In this document: one piece after another, positions 52,700 to 63,903 of the stretch
Layout of the letters: each line of letters opens with the position of its first letter
Position numbering within the stretch: the stretch's first letter is position 1
Assembly (NCBI RefSeq): GCF_004010195.1
Contig: NC_057749.1
Span: 11,820,839 to 11,884,838, forward strand
DNA: 64,000 nt
Direction: 5' to 3'
From: Chiloscyllium plagiosum
Taxonomy: Eukaryota
The notes under the pieces: generated by a model
What the model was told of the DNA's origin: nothing
Seen by the model: only the letters and a program-made list of their open reading frames with translations
The model's database searches: none
Position numbers and translations under genes: made by a program

Positions 52700-52881
52700 T
52701 CAATGCAAATGTTTATTGGGCTGTTTCTGATTTGGTTTTAATGCTGGGTCACCAGAGAAATGCCATTAGGCTCCTGCACCTTGACCATGGGCCAATTCTT
52801 GAAATCTGATTGGTTGGCGCAGCGAAGATCCGGGACCAGGCTGTGATTGGTCGCCCCGCTGGAGGTGGGACCTCCGCCGTC
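52700..52881 (+). promoter_or_regulatory. Putative FAN1 proximal promoter with CCAAT boxes
   Basis: ATTGG/CCAAT at 52715, 52792, 52809 and 52846, plus a GC-box-like cgccccgc near 52852, just upstream of the CpG-rich first exon. Confidence 0.6.
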
Positions 52882-53341
52882 ATGTTGTCCCCGGTCCCGA
52901 AGAGGCCGTGCTCCCGCCTTTCTCTCCGAGCTCGGGGCGGCCTCAACCCCCCGGCCCCGGCCCCGGCCCCGGCCCCGATCCCGACAGCGCCAGAAACACG
53001 GACTGGTGCCTGCGGCGCTGACCGCAGAAGCGGCCGCCTTCCATGCAGACTCTCGAGGCGGCATCGGAGAGCGGCCCCGGCCCCGGCCCCTGACCCCGGG
53101 GAGGGAGCGGCCCCGGCCCCTGACCCTGCCCCCGCCCCCGGGGAGGGAGCGGCCACGGCCCCGGCCCCTGACCCTGCCCCCGACCCCGGGGAGGGAGCGG
53201 GTCCGGGGAAGGGCAGGCCTCCGGTCCCTTACTACCTGAGCAATTTCCTGCTGGTGATGGAAGCGGTTCTGGGGAGTGAAGATAAAGAGCTTTTCAATGA
53301 AGACGATAATTACTGGCTGGGAACATTCCAGAAACTCTCAG
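52882..53341 (+). CDS. FAN1: FAN1 coding exon 1
   Basis: gccgtcATG; [15 protein letters not shown]..., Pro/Ala repeats, [15 protein letters not shown]...FQKLS; donor G|GTGATT. Confidence 0.85.
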
Positions 53342-56300
53342 GTGATTAGACAGAGGCACTGAGCTGGCAGTAAATTGTGGCCAAGTCCATTCGAGCAGCT
53401 TCCGCTGGTCTCAGGAGAGCAGAGCACTGACTGATCCAGACCAGGTGGAGTGGTCAGGTCTCCCAAGGCTCAATGTGTTGTATGAATAGAACTAGAGCCT
53501 GTCTCTGACTCAGGAGTCATCGTGGGGGTGGTGGAACCTACTTCACCTAGAATTCTTTGAGATTTGACAGGAAGCACACTTGCTGCTTTTTTTTTGTGGA
53601 GAACAATCAACAACAACATCCCTTCGTACCACTCCAGAGCCAAAGGATCTTGGTTGTTGTGTTATTGGAATCATAATTCAAATGTCTTGAGCAGGGAGGG
53701 GAAGATGTTCTTGGTGATAGGGTCTAGTTGGATTTGGCAGAAGTGTTTAAGGATGGTGCATTGGATGCAGAGACTGTTGCAGTGGTAGGTGAGGATGAGG
53801 GAGACTGTCTTTATTGCATTGGGCGGGGCTTAGAGCAATGGAACGGGGAAATGTAGATGGTGCAATGGAGGGCTGTCTGGATGACAGATGGAGGCGAAGC
53901 ACATTACGCAAAATAGGTAGACGTGGGATGCTGGCGAGTGGACTGCCTCTTCATCAGAGCAGATGCAGTAGGGGCAGAGGAATTGGGAGAATGGGGTGGA
54001 GTTCTTGTAGGATACTGGGAAGGAGGTGTACTCCAGGCAGTTATGTGAGGATGTGGGCTTGTAGTAAATGTCCATCTGGAGGCTGTCACCAGAGATGGAA
54101 ATTGGAGGAACAACCCCTGCTACTTGGGCAGTCTACAGCCTGGAGGACTCAACATTCACTTCTCCAATTTCAAATAACCTCCCTTCCCACCCCCTCCCCA
54201 ACTCTTCCACAACTCCCTGCCACCAATTGGATTCATTCCTCCTATTGACCAAGCAGATTATACCCTCTACCTGTCTTCACCTATCCCCACTTCACCACTA
54301 TGCCACTGCCACCCCTTTTATCTGCAGCTCCTCCCACACCCACCCCTCAGGCTTACACCCAAAATGTCAACTTTTCCACCTCCTGATGCTGCCTGGCTTG
54401 CTGTGTATTTCTAGCCTTCTGCCTGTCTCTCCTTATTTGGTCTGGCCTAAGTGGGGAGAAACATTTAAAAGGGATCTAAGGGTCAACCTTTTCACACAGA
54501 GGGTGGTGGATATATGAAATGAGCTGTCAGAGGAAGTGGTGGAGGCTGGTACAATTACAACATTTAAAAGGCATCTGGATGTGTATATGAATAGGAAGGG
54601 TTTCAAAGGGTATGGGCCAAATGTTGGCAAATGGGACTAGATTAATTTAGGTTATCTGGTTGGCATGGACGAGTTGCACTGAAAGGTCTGTTTCTGTGCT
54701 GTACATCTCTATGACTCTAAATGTGCCTCTGGACGCATGGCAATGTGGTTGACCCTTAAGTTTGGGCAATAAATGCTGGCCTAGCCAGTGATGTCCTCCT
54801 ACATGAAAGTAACAAAAAAGTAAAAACCGGCAGCTGACATAAAAGAATGTCCTTAACTCATATTACTGTTTACTTGCTCTACTTACTGAGTGCTTCATTT
54901 TATCCACAGTTACTGGCCAAAAGCTCTATGTGCGACTCTTTCAACGGAAGCTGAATTGGTTGAAAGTGACTAAACTGAATTATCCTGATATTGGTATGGA
55001 TCTGACCCCCACCATTGAGGAACTGAGCCTTGCAGGCTTGTTACTGACAGGTATGGGCTCCCAAAGGGAGGGTAGATTTTAATCAGTAAATTGAAGATAG
55101 CTGTGTTACTGAATATAGAATCCTTTTCCATCTCCATGACTCCAGCATGCGGAGACCCTCACCCATTCATGTGGCCACCATCTTAGACTTTCTGGGACTT
55201 TCTACCCTGCACCTGACAAACTTTCTCAAAACTCAACCTTTGGTAAATTTCTTCCATTCACTCAGTGTCTGCAGCAAAAGTGTGGTGCTGGAAAAGCACA
55301 GCAGGTCAGGTAGCATCCAAGGGAACAGGAGAATTGGCATTTTGGGCATACGCCCTTCATCAGGAAAGGGCCTGCTTCTTTATTTGATCTGTTACTAACC
55401 TTTGCCACTCTCCAGTAAAATCTTACGGCCTTTTGCTGTTCTTCAGATGCTGTGCCATATATATCTGAAACCAATGGTGTCACTGCAGTAAACATTCAAT
55501 TTGGGCTAGGCTCAGGGTCCTGGGGGAGGCAGCAACTGTCCCTTATTTATATTGTTTATCCCCCATTCCCCAGGCATTCCTGGCCCATACTATTCTGGGT
55601 CCCAGTGTGTTATACACTGACAATGATCTTTTCACCTTCCCAGAGTCAGATTTATGCAATGTCTCAGAGGCCCTGAACCTGCTATCTGCTCCTGAACTCA
55701 AACTAATGGCGAGAAGCTTCCACCTGCGATCCCAGGGTCAGAGGGCAGAAATATTGGAGTCTCTGCTACATTTGGCCAAGCAACAATCAATCTTCAGCTG
55801 CAGTCAGAAGCCATCAAGTCCTGGCCTCGCCATTCTCAACAGGTCTTTCAAAAGACACCATTTAACTTTGTACCAGCTGCATGTTAGAGCAGAGTGGAGC
55901 CCATGCCCCAGTGAGGGGGGAGGGGGCAAGCAAAAGCAATAGGATGGGGGTGTCTCTGCTCCAGGGAGGGATAAAGCAATGGGGAAGTGAATCGGGTCCA
56001 GGAGGTTGAGGGATTTGGGTTGTAGAGGAGGGCAAAGGCAAAGTTTCTAATTGTGGGAGGTTTTTGGACTGGGACAGTGTGCAGACTCTTGACGGGTAGC
56101 AGTTGGGGAGGAGCTACATGATAACTGATGGTAATGTCAATGCTGTGGGGCCTGTGTGCTTTCTTTGCTCTTTAAGGTCAGTACATTCAATGAAAAGTAG
56201 AATAAGCACTAAGGAACGAAAGTATGAGCTGATAAAAGTTGAAGAAAGCTGAGACAAGGTTGATGTGGAGCATAAACAGAGACCAGTTAGCTGAAATGAC

Positions 56301-59300
56301 TTTGTACAGGACATTGGTGAGGCCACTTTTAGCATACTACACTCTGGTCTCTCTGCTCAAGGAAAGATGTTGTTAAACTTGAAAGGTTTCAGAAAAGATT
56401 TGCAAGGATGTTCCTGAGATTAGAGAGTTTGAGCTATAGGGAGAAGCTGAATAGGCTGAGGGTAGTGTGTATGGAATGAGCTGCCAGAGGAAATGGTGGA
56501 GGTGGGTACAATTACAATATTAAAAGGCATCTGGATGGGTATATAAATAGGAATGGTTTAAGGGATATGGGCCAAATGCTGGCAAATTGGACTAGATCAG
56601 TTTAGGATATCTGGTTGGTGCGAACAAGTTGGATCGAAGGCTCTTTTTCCATACTGTAGAACTCTATGACTGTGTACTTAAAATTTAAATCCTGCCTAAC
56701 TCAATGGCTTTTGTTTAACAACGATGTGTGTTGTCAGGGTGAAGAAGATGGTCGGAAATTGTGTGAAAATTGCTGCTCCAGCCCGTGCTGTGTTCTCACG
56801 GCTATTACTACTTTTCAATCTGACGGACTGCACAGATGAAGAGGAAGCTTCCTGTGCTGGCCAGAATCAGCTGTCCACTGTGCTCATGGTCAACATGGGT
56901 CATGTCACCTTCCCTAGTTACACTGTGCTGAGGGAGAAGAAAATATTCCAGCACAGAGATGACCTGCTCAGGTGATGCCACATCTTGATCCACTCTAACT
57001 GCAGCATCCATACAGTTAATGGCAAACCCACCCAAGCTAGGAATTGCTTCTATGTCTAGCCAGATCAATTATAGGCGGAATAAGTAGAGGGGTTGGACAT
57101 GTAGTTGAGTGGATGGGTGTTAGGGTGTGCAAAGCTCCCCGTGACGGTTGCACAGCATTATGCTGATTGTGATTTTGACTTCCAATGTAGAATTACTACT
57201 CTATATTCTATTCAAACACTTTTCTGACTGGCACAGTCAGTTTACTCCATCATAGACTCCATGTCCAAAGGTGTATCATCTGCTCCCTAATAGGTGTGTT
57301 GACTGTCTTTGATAGATATAATGAAGCCGTGCATTCTCTGGCCGAGGTAATCACCGCGATGACCAGTGGGTTTTGGAGTGATGCTCTCCAGATTTGTAAA
57401 ACCGCCAAGGAGAAATGGAGCCAGCTGGAGAACAACAGTGACATCAGGTAATGAGCAGGAGTGCACAGTGTGGGGACTATCTCCTGGCCAGCAGTTTCAT
57501 GGGAACAACACATTCTTTCTTGTTAGTACTGCACCCCCCCCAAATCTCTAATTCAGCAAATATCCCTAGAGTATTTCACAAGGACAACAGAGAGAGCATA
57601 ATGTAAGAAACAGAAGAAGTGAAGAGAAAGTGTGACATAAGAATTACCAAATATCAAGTGAAAACAGCAATCCGAGGAAAGGCTGGAGTTTGAAGTGTGA
57701 GGGTATATGTTTCGTGAGACAGTATGGCAAGTTGCCAAGCTAGAGTTGGGTTGAGGTCATTGTTAGTACAGATTTTGAATTCAGTATGGTGTGTAGATGG
57801 CTGAATGTAGTGCAAAATCATTAGCAAGCAGTACAAGTTTGGATAACTCGCATCACACAGTTCTAGGACAGGTATAGCATAGGGTTAGATACAGAATAAA
57901 ACTTATTCTAGTCTTTTAAACTAAAAGTAAAGCTGTCTCTACATTGACCTCATCGATTACTTCCAGAACAGGGATAGCATAGGCTTACACATAGAGCACT
58001 CTCATTAAAGTAAAAATGCCTTTACTCTTTTAAACTGAAAGTAAATCTCCCTCTACATTGACTCCATGAAACACTCCCAGGCAGGGACAACATGGGGTTA
58101 GATGTAGAGTAATGCTCCTTCTACTCCTTTTAACTGAAATTAAAGCAGTCAGCAATGTCACCATAAAACACTCCAGGACAGGGACAGCATAAAGCTCGGT
58201 ACAGAGTTAAGATCCATCTAATCTTTCAAAAAAGAAAGTAAAGCTCTCTGTCCTTTACACTGCCCCATCAAACACTCCCAGGACCAAGACAGTACATATT
58301 AGGTACAGAGTACAGCTCACTCTACACTGTCATGTTAATATTCATACTTCCTGCCCCAGTATATATTTTTATTCTCCTTACTGTACCTGTCTGTGAATCT
58401 GGATCCTGCAGTGAATGAGTCGACTGACCAAAGTCTGCAATAGCAAACTGCGATGTTTGAAACCCGAACCACAAAGAAAAATCCAGAACCTTGGTGTTTT
58501 AGTCAAACTGAATGTTCAGGTGTTTACTTGGTAAGCGTTTCTTTTTCATCTTACAGTAAGTGACAAATGTTCCTTAATTTTAGGTTTCACCAGCAGCTCC
58601 CAGTGTATCTGCGACGTTTCACTGCAGGCTGGGTCTACACACGGATCAAAACCTATGGGGTTGAAATTTTACAACGACTGCACATGTATGAGGTAAAGAA
58701 ATGTAGAAGTTTGATAAGACCATAGTAATTCAATAAGACCATAGTAATTTCCTGAAGAAGGGCTAATGCCCGAAACGTCGATTCTCCTGTTCCCTAGATG
58801 CTGCCTGACCTGCTGCGCTTTTCCAGCAACACATTTCCATCTCTGATCTCCAGCATCTGCAGACCTCATTTTCTCTTCATAGTAATTCAATGCCAAGAAC
58901 ATCAATCTAGCTGCTCCCCAACCCAAGCTGTTCCAGTATTGTTACAACACTGGCATGTACCCAACAATGTTGGAAAGTTGTCCAAGCATATACTGTACAT
59001 AAAAAGCAGGACAAATCCAACCCAGCTAATTACTGCCCAATCAGTCTACTCTGGATCATCAGGAGGATGATGGAAAATGTCATCAAGAGTGCTAACAAGT
59101 AGCACCTTTCAGCATGGCGGGGTAGTGGACAGCCAAGAAGGCTACCTCAGTGTACAACGGGATTTGAGCAGATGGGCCGAGGAGTGGCAGATGGAGTTTA
59201 ATTTAGATAAATCTGAGGTGCTACATTTTGATAGGGCAGGCATGGTACCATACATCAAGAACATCTCTGAACTGACAGCCAGACTACTGCGACCACTAGG

Positions 59301-62300
59301 ACTTATAACAGCACACAAACCAACAGCCACGCTCGGACAACAACTCACCAAAACGAAGGACCCGATACCCAGCATGAGCAAAACTAATGTAGTGTACAAA
59401 ATCCCATGCAAGGACTGCACAAAACACTATATAGGACAAACAGGAAGACAGCTAGCGATCCGCATCCACAAACATCAACTAGCCACAAAACGACACGACC
59501 AGCTATCCCTAGTAGCCACACACGCAGACGACAAGCAACATGAATTTGACTGGGACAACACTACCATTATAGGGCAAGCGAAACAAAGAACAGCCAGGGA
59601 ATTCCTAGAAGCTTGGCACTCATCCACAAACTCCATCAACAAACACATCGACCTGGACCCAATATACCGGCCACTACAGCGGACAGCTGAAACTAACAAC
59701 CGGAAGCGGCAGGGACAGGCCACTATAAACACCGGAGGAAACACCACAGAAGCGCTTCACAGGAGGCTCCCAAGCACTGAGGATGTCACCTAGACAGGGG
59801 ACGAAACGTTTGCAACAAAAACTTCCAGCTCGGCGAACAGAACCACAGCAAAATCATGAGGGGCATAGATAGAGTGAATAGCCAAGGTCTTTTCCACAGG
59901 GTAGCAGAGTCCCAAAGTAGAGGAAATGGGTTTAAGTTGTGTGGGGAAAGATTTAAAAGGAACCTTAAGCAACTTTTTTATGCAGAGGGTGGTGCGTGTA
60001 TGGAATGAGCTGCCAGAGGAAGTGGTGAAGGCTAATACAATTAGAACATTTAGAAGCATCAGGATGGATATATGAATAGGAAAGGTTTAGATGGAAATGG
60101 GCCAAATGCTGGCAAATGGGACTAGATTAATCTGTAGGGATTCTAAGATTAGGATATCTGTTCGGCATGGACGAGTTGGACTGAAGGGTCTGTTTCCATG
60201 CTGTACATCTCTGATTCTATAAGCTGCTCCGTGACATCAGTATGGGTTCCATCTGGGCCACTCAGCCTTTGTTCAAATATGGACAAAAGAGCTGAGTTCT
60301 AGAGGTGAGACTGCGAGCCCTTGATGTCAGGGCTGCATTCCATCATCCACAACACACAAGTCAGGAATGTGATGGAATACTTCGTAGCACGTGATGAGTG
60401 CAGCTCTAACAACATTCAAGAACCTTGACACCATCCAGGACAAAGCAGCCGCTTGATTGGCACTACATCCACAAACATTCACTCCCTCCACCACTGACGC
60501 TCAATAGCAGCAGTGTGTACTATCTACAAGATGCACTGCAGAAATTCACGAAAGATCCTCAGACAGACTCCAAACCTGTAATCACTTTCATCTATATAAT
60601 AGACAATAGGTGCAGGAGTAGGCCATTCAGCCCTTCGAACCTGCACCGCCTTTCAATATGATCATGGATGATCATTCCTAATCAGTATCCTGTTCCTGCC
60701 TTATCTCCATAACCCTTGATTCCACTATCTTTAAGAGCTCTATCCAACTCTTTCTTAAATGAATCCAGAGACTGGGCCTCTACTTCCCTCTGGGGCAGAG
60801 CATTCCACACAGCCACCACTCTCTGGGTGAAGAAGTTTCTCCTCATCTCTGTAGGGCATCTAGAAGAACAAAGCAGTAGATACATAGGAGTGTACTCAAT
60901 GGGCCAAATGGCCTTACTTCCACTCCTATGTCTTATGGTCTTATAGGAATACCATCACCTACAAGTTCCTCTCCAAGCCAGTCACCACCCTGACTTGGAA
61001 ATATGTCACTGTCCTTTCACGGTCGCTGGGTCAGAATCTTGGATTTCTCTCCCCAATGGCATTATGGGTCGACTCACAGCAGGTGGATTGCAGCAGTTCA
61101 AAGGGGCAACCAGGGGTGGACAATAAATGCTGGCTGGCCAGCAATGCCCACATCCCACAAATCATTTTTTATTTTTAAAATTAACTGCAAGGCCTAGGTA
61201 TCTTATGTGGGCCTTCAGAATTGGAAACAGTGGCATTGGTTGGTTTAGTTTAACTTAATTAATCTAATATAGTGATTGAAGCTGCTGATACCATTATGTT
61301 TTGAATCCTGTTCTCAGGAAGCAGTGGAGGAACTGCAAAATCTTTTGGAACAAAGCATCTATTGTCCAAGCAGCCGTGGCTACTGGTGGAATCGACTGAG
61401 TCTGAATCTCCATCAGCATCTGAAGCAGACTGATCAAGTAATTGAGATTGCTTTAAAGTTATGATGTTTGATATCTTTGCCAACTACTTGTATACATGAG
61501 CATGTTGCTATGACCGGACAGACCCTAGTTCTAATTGCTGTATGACAAGATATCCATCTTATCTTTCACACAGTGGTGGGAATTGAACCCAATGCTCCAA
61601 TTCTGGTGTGCTTTACTACATAATAAAGTTTTGATAACTAACTAGGGTCGGTAACCTGGTTGAGAAATGTTGAAGTTTTAAATAGGCAGTGAAAGTTGAT
61701 TTGTACTCAGCTGACTAATGATCTCCTCAGATTATTCTGTTACAATGGTTTCTTCATATGATTTTGGCTTCCAGGCAATCCACTGTTTGCGGAAAGGATT
61801 GGATGATGTCTCAGTTCACATGGGCCATCGGCTGGCTTTATATCAGCGTGCAGTACGGATTCGTGACTCCCCAAGCTACAAGAAATGGCATCACCTTCTT
61901 CAGAATCTGCCAGTAGTGAGAGTACAGGATGTGCCACATGTGAGTGTCTCTAAGGAAGTCACAGCTCCAAGTTATTGACCCACTTTCTTTGTCTTCGTCT
62001 GACATAAATAGTTTGTTGAAATCATTTTATTGATTTGTGTTATTTCCATGAAATTGTGAGCAAAGGCCTGACTAGGTATTGGTGCAAAACCAATACAAAA
62101 TCTGACCCTCCATTGTAAGATGCAATAACAACTGCTGCTTCATTTCACAAGGAAACTAGATCTCCTTCCTCCCCCTAGCCTGGTAGAGGATTGGTCCCAG
62201 TTTGCTGAGCTCCACTCCTGAAATCACTGACACTAGCTGGATATCTGACCACAAATGCCAGTTACTTGGCCACCTGCCCCACGTAATTGTTTACAAGAAT

Positions 62301-63903
62301 TTTCCTCACCAGAACTTCCAGTGGAACTATATGGTCGTAGACCATAAGACATTGGAGCAGAATTAGACCATTTGGCCCAGCAGATCTGCTCCACCATTCG
62401 ATCATACCTGATATGTTTCTCAACCCTATTCTCCTGCCTTCTCCCATTGCTGATTGTTTGCCTTTGAGATAAGGCTTAATTGTAATTGGTCTTCCCATGC
62501 ATCCCTCACAATTCCAGTGTTTTCTTCATTCAAGGGACTCTTGCATTATCCTGTAAATGATTTCAGGCAAGTCAAGGATTGGAAGTGGATCCCACCTGAT
62601 TGTAATTTTCTTTCTAGGTGACGATAAAGGGCAGGTTATGCCCAGGGATGGGCAATGCTTTATTCCTAATGGAGAACACCAGTGAAGGACCAAGTTTGGG
62701 CCAAGGGGAGTCTTGCAGTACCATTATCTGTTCAGTGGAGGAGGTTTCTCTGGCCTACTATCGGCAGCAAGGTTTTGATCAGGGTAATCACTGCACTTAA
62801 CCTGCTCGAGTTTCTGACAGTAAAGGCTGTGTGATGATCTATCACTTTCTTTCTCTTACAGGAATACATGGTGAAGGAACCACATTCTTAACACTCTTTG
62901 GACTTCTCTTCTGGGACATTATCTTTCAGTCTGGAATCCCAGATGTTTTCCGAAATCCCTATCAGGTATCTGTAAAGTGTCGCTGTATAATGATAATCTT
63001 CCTCACATCCACCGTGTATCTCATGCCCAAAACTTAATTCAGTGTCACCTGGATCTTGTATAGTCAGCCATTAGGAACCTGTGTGTCTGGCTCATTTAAT
63101 CCTATCATAACCTTGACACCTTCGTCAAACTTTCCCTCCATTACATTGATTTCTTTCATGATTGTCATTGCAACATTTGACCAGCAGAATGGTAAAAAGC
63201 AAATTGAATAATGAGTTTCCCATCTGGGAATTGCTGTGTACAGAAATATTAATGTGTCTTTGTGTTTAGGCATGTCCTCTGGATCTCTACACTGATTGTT
63301 TTTATCAGCAACGGAGGGAATGCATTGAGTCACGGGTAAATTTTCTGAAAAATGCATCCAAAGAGACCCTCTGCACACTCATCGCTGATGTATGGAATGG
63401 TCACAGAGACATAAATGCCACATTAGTTAACTGGGAAATCTTCAGCTCGCTTCAGCAGACTCAGGTATACAGCATATGTATTTACAATGGAAGGATTACG
63501 GTTTCTTCACCTATTAAAGAGGAACCTGGATTATCTGAAAGAGTTGGGCAGGCACTATTTCGTTCTGATAATTGATTATTCAGTTAATAGTTTTCCGATA
63601 AATCTGCTCCCTGTTCAGGAGACTAGGCAGCAGCACATCTTGCGCAAGCCCCCGTCCCGAAGATCCTCTTCGGATAATTGATATTTGGATAATCGAGGTT
63701 CCTCTGTATTCTGTTGCAATTTCAGTGAAAGGACAACTATTGACTGTCTTTTGACATGTGTATGGGTTTTTCAGAGCCTGGTGAGCTGTCTGGGTGGTCC
63801 ATTCCTAAGTGGTATTTGTAGGATTCTGGCCAAAGATTTGAGGAATGGCAGTGCGGGTCTCCCTGATCTTGTCATATGGAACAGCCACAGCTGCCAGTAC
63901 AAG
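52882..63903 (+). CDS. FAN1: Fanconi-associated nuclease 1 (12 coding exons in window; final exon beyond window end)
   Basis: In-frame GT-AG exons: 52882-53341, 54910-55050, 55644-55842, 56738-56971, 57316-57447, 58584-58692, 61318-61437, 61775-61939, 62618-62783, 62862-62965, 63270-63464, 63775-63903 (718 codons). Motifs: [22 protein letters not shown] region [41 protein letters not shown]-nuc GLPDLVIWN. Confidence 0.96.
54910..55050 (+). CDS. FAN1: FAN1 exon 2
   Basis: [28 protein letters not shown]...AGLLLT. Confidence 0.95.
55644..55842 (+). CDS. FAN1: FAN1 exon 3 (SAP domain)
   Basis: [28 protein letters not shown]...AILNR; donor GTCTTT is weak but phase-consistent. Confidence 0.9.
56738..56971 (+). 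CDS. FAN1: FAN1 exon 4
   Basis: [12 protein letters not shown]...[18 protein letters not shown]...[10 protein letters not shown]. Confidence 0.95.
57316..57447 (+). CDS. FAN1: FAN1 exon 5
   Basis: [43 protein letters not shown]. Confidence 0.9.
57860..58335. repeat. Same satellite family in FAN1 intron 5
   Basis: Same unit, with interspersed tcttttaaactgaaagtaaa segments. Confidence 0.8.
58584..58692 (+). CDS. FAN1: FAN1 exon 6
   Basis: [36 protein letters not shown]. Confidence 0.95.
58748..58783 (+). ncRNA. Minimal hammerhead ribozyme motif in FAN1 intron 6
   Basis: TC-CTGAAGA-A-GGGC-TAAT-GCCC-GAAAC-GTC-GA; short stem I; insert TSD CATAGTAATTCAAT (58721-58734, 58878-58891). Confidence 0.65.
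59110..60220 (+). mobile_element. CR1 fragments flanking a Penelope-like 3' fragment (59240-59850)
   Basis: [10 protein letters not shown] (CR1), then [36 protein letters not shown], then CR1 3' end. Confidence 0.9.
59774..59813 (+). ncRNA. Minimal hammerhead ribozyme motif (Penelope 3' end)
   Basis: GCA-CTGAGGA-T-GTCACCT-AGAC-AGGGGAC-GAAAC-GTT-TGC. Confidence 0.75.
61318..61437 (+). CDS. FAN1: FAN1 exon 7
   Basis: [40 protein letters not shown]. Confidence 0.95.
61775..61939 (+). CDS. FAN1: FAN1 exon 8
   Basis: [29 protein letters not shown]...QDVPH. Confidence 0.95.
62618..62783 (+). CDS. FAN1: FAN1 exon 9
   Basis: [10 protein letters not shown]...[19 protein letters not shown]. Confidence 0.95.
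62862..62965 (+). CDS. FAN1: FAN1 exon 10
   Basis: [35 protein letters not shown]. Confidence 0.95.
63270..63464 (+). CDS. FAN1: FAN1 exon 11
   Basis: [22 protein letters not shown]...[14 protein letters not shown]. Confidence 0.95.
63517..63706. mobile_element. Tigger/pogo-type MITE
   Basis: TIRs AAGAGGAACCTGGATTATCTGAA / TTTGGATAATCGAGGTTCCTCTG flanked by TA. Confidence 0.7.
63775..63903 (+). CDS. FAN1: FAN1 exon 12 (VRR-nuc PD motif)
   Basis: [43 protein letters not shown]; donor GTGAGT. Confidence 0.95.

Noticed and set aside
53002-53070. [20 protein letters not shown] as a UBZ remnant in FAN1
   Set aside because: Cys/His spacing does not fit CxxC...H...C; the resemblance is too weak to call.
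52738-53156. Antisense ORFs over FAN1 exon 1
   Set aside because: Expected from GC-rich, stop-poor repeat sequence.
59077-59793. 238-aa ORF as a domesticated GIY-YIG nuclease gene
   Set aside because: Chance in-frame junction of CR1 and young Penelope fragments inside an intron; no promoter or splice evidence.
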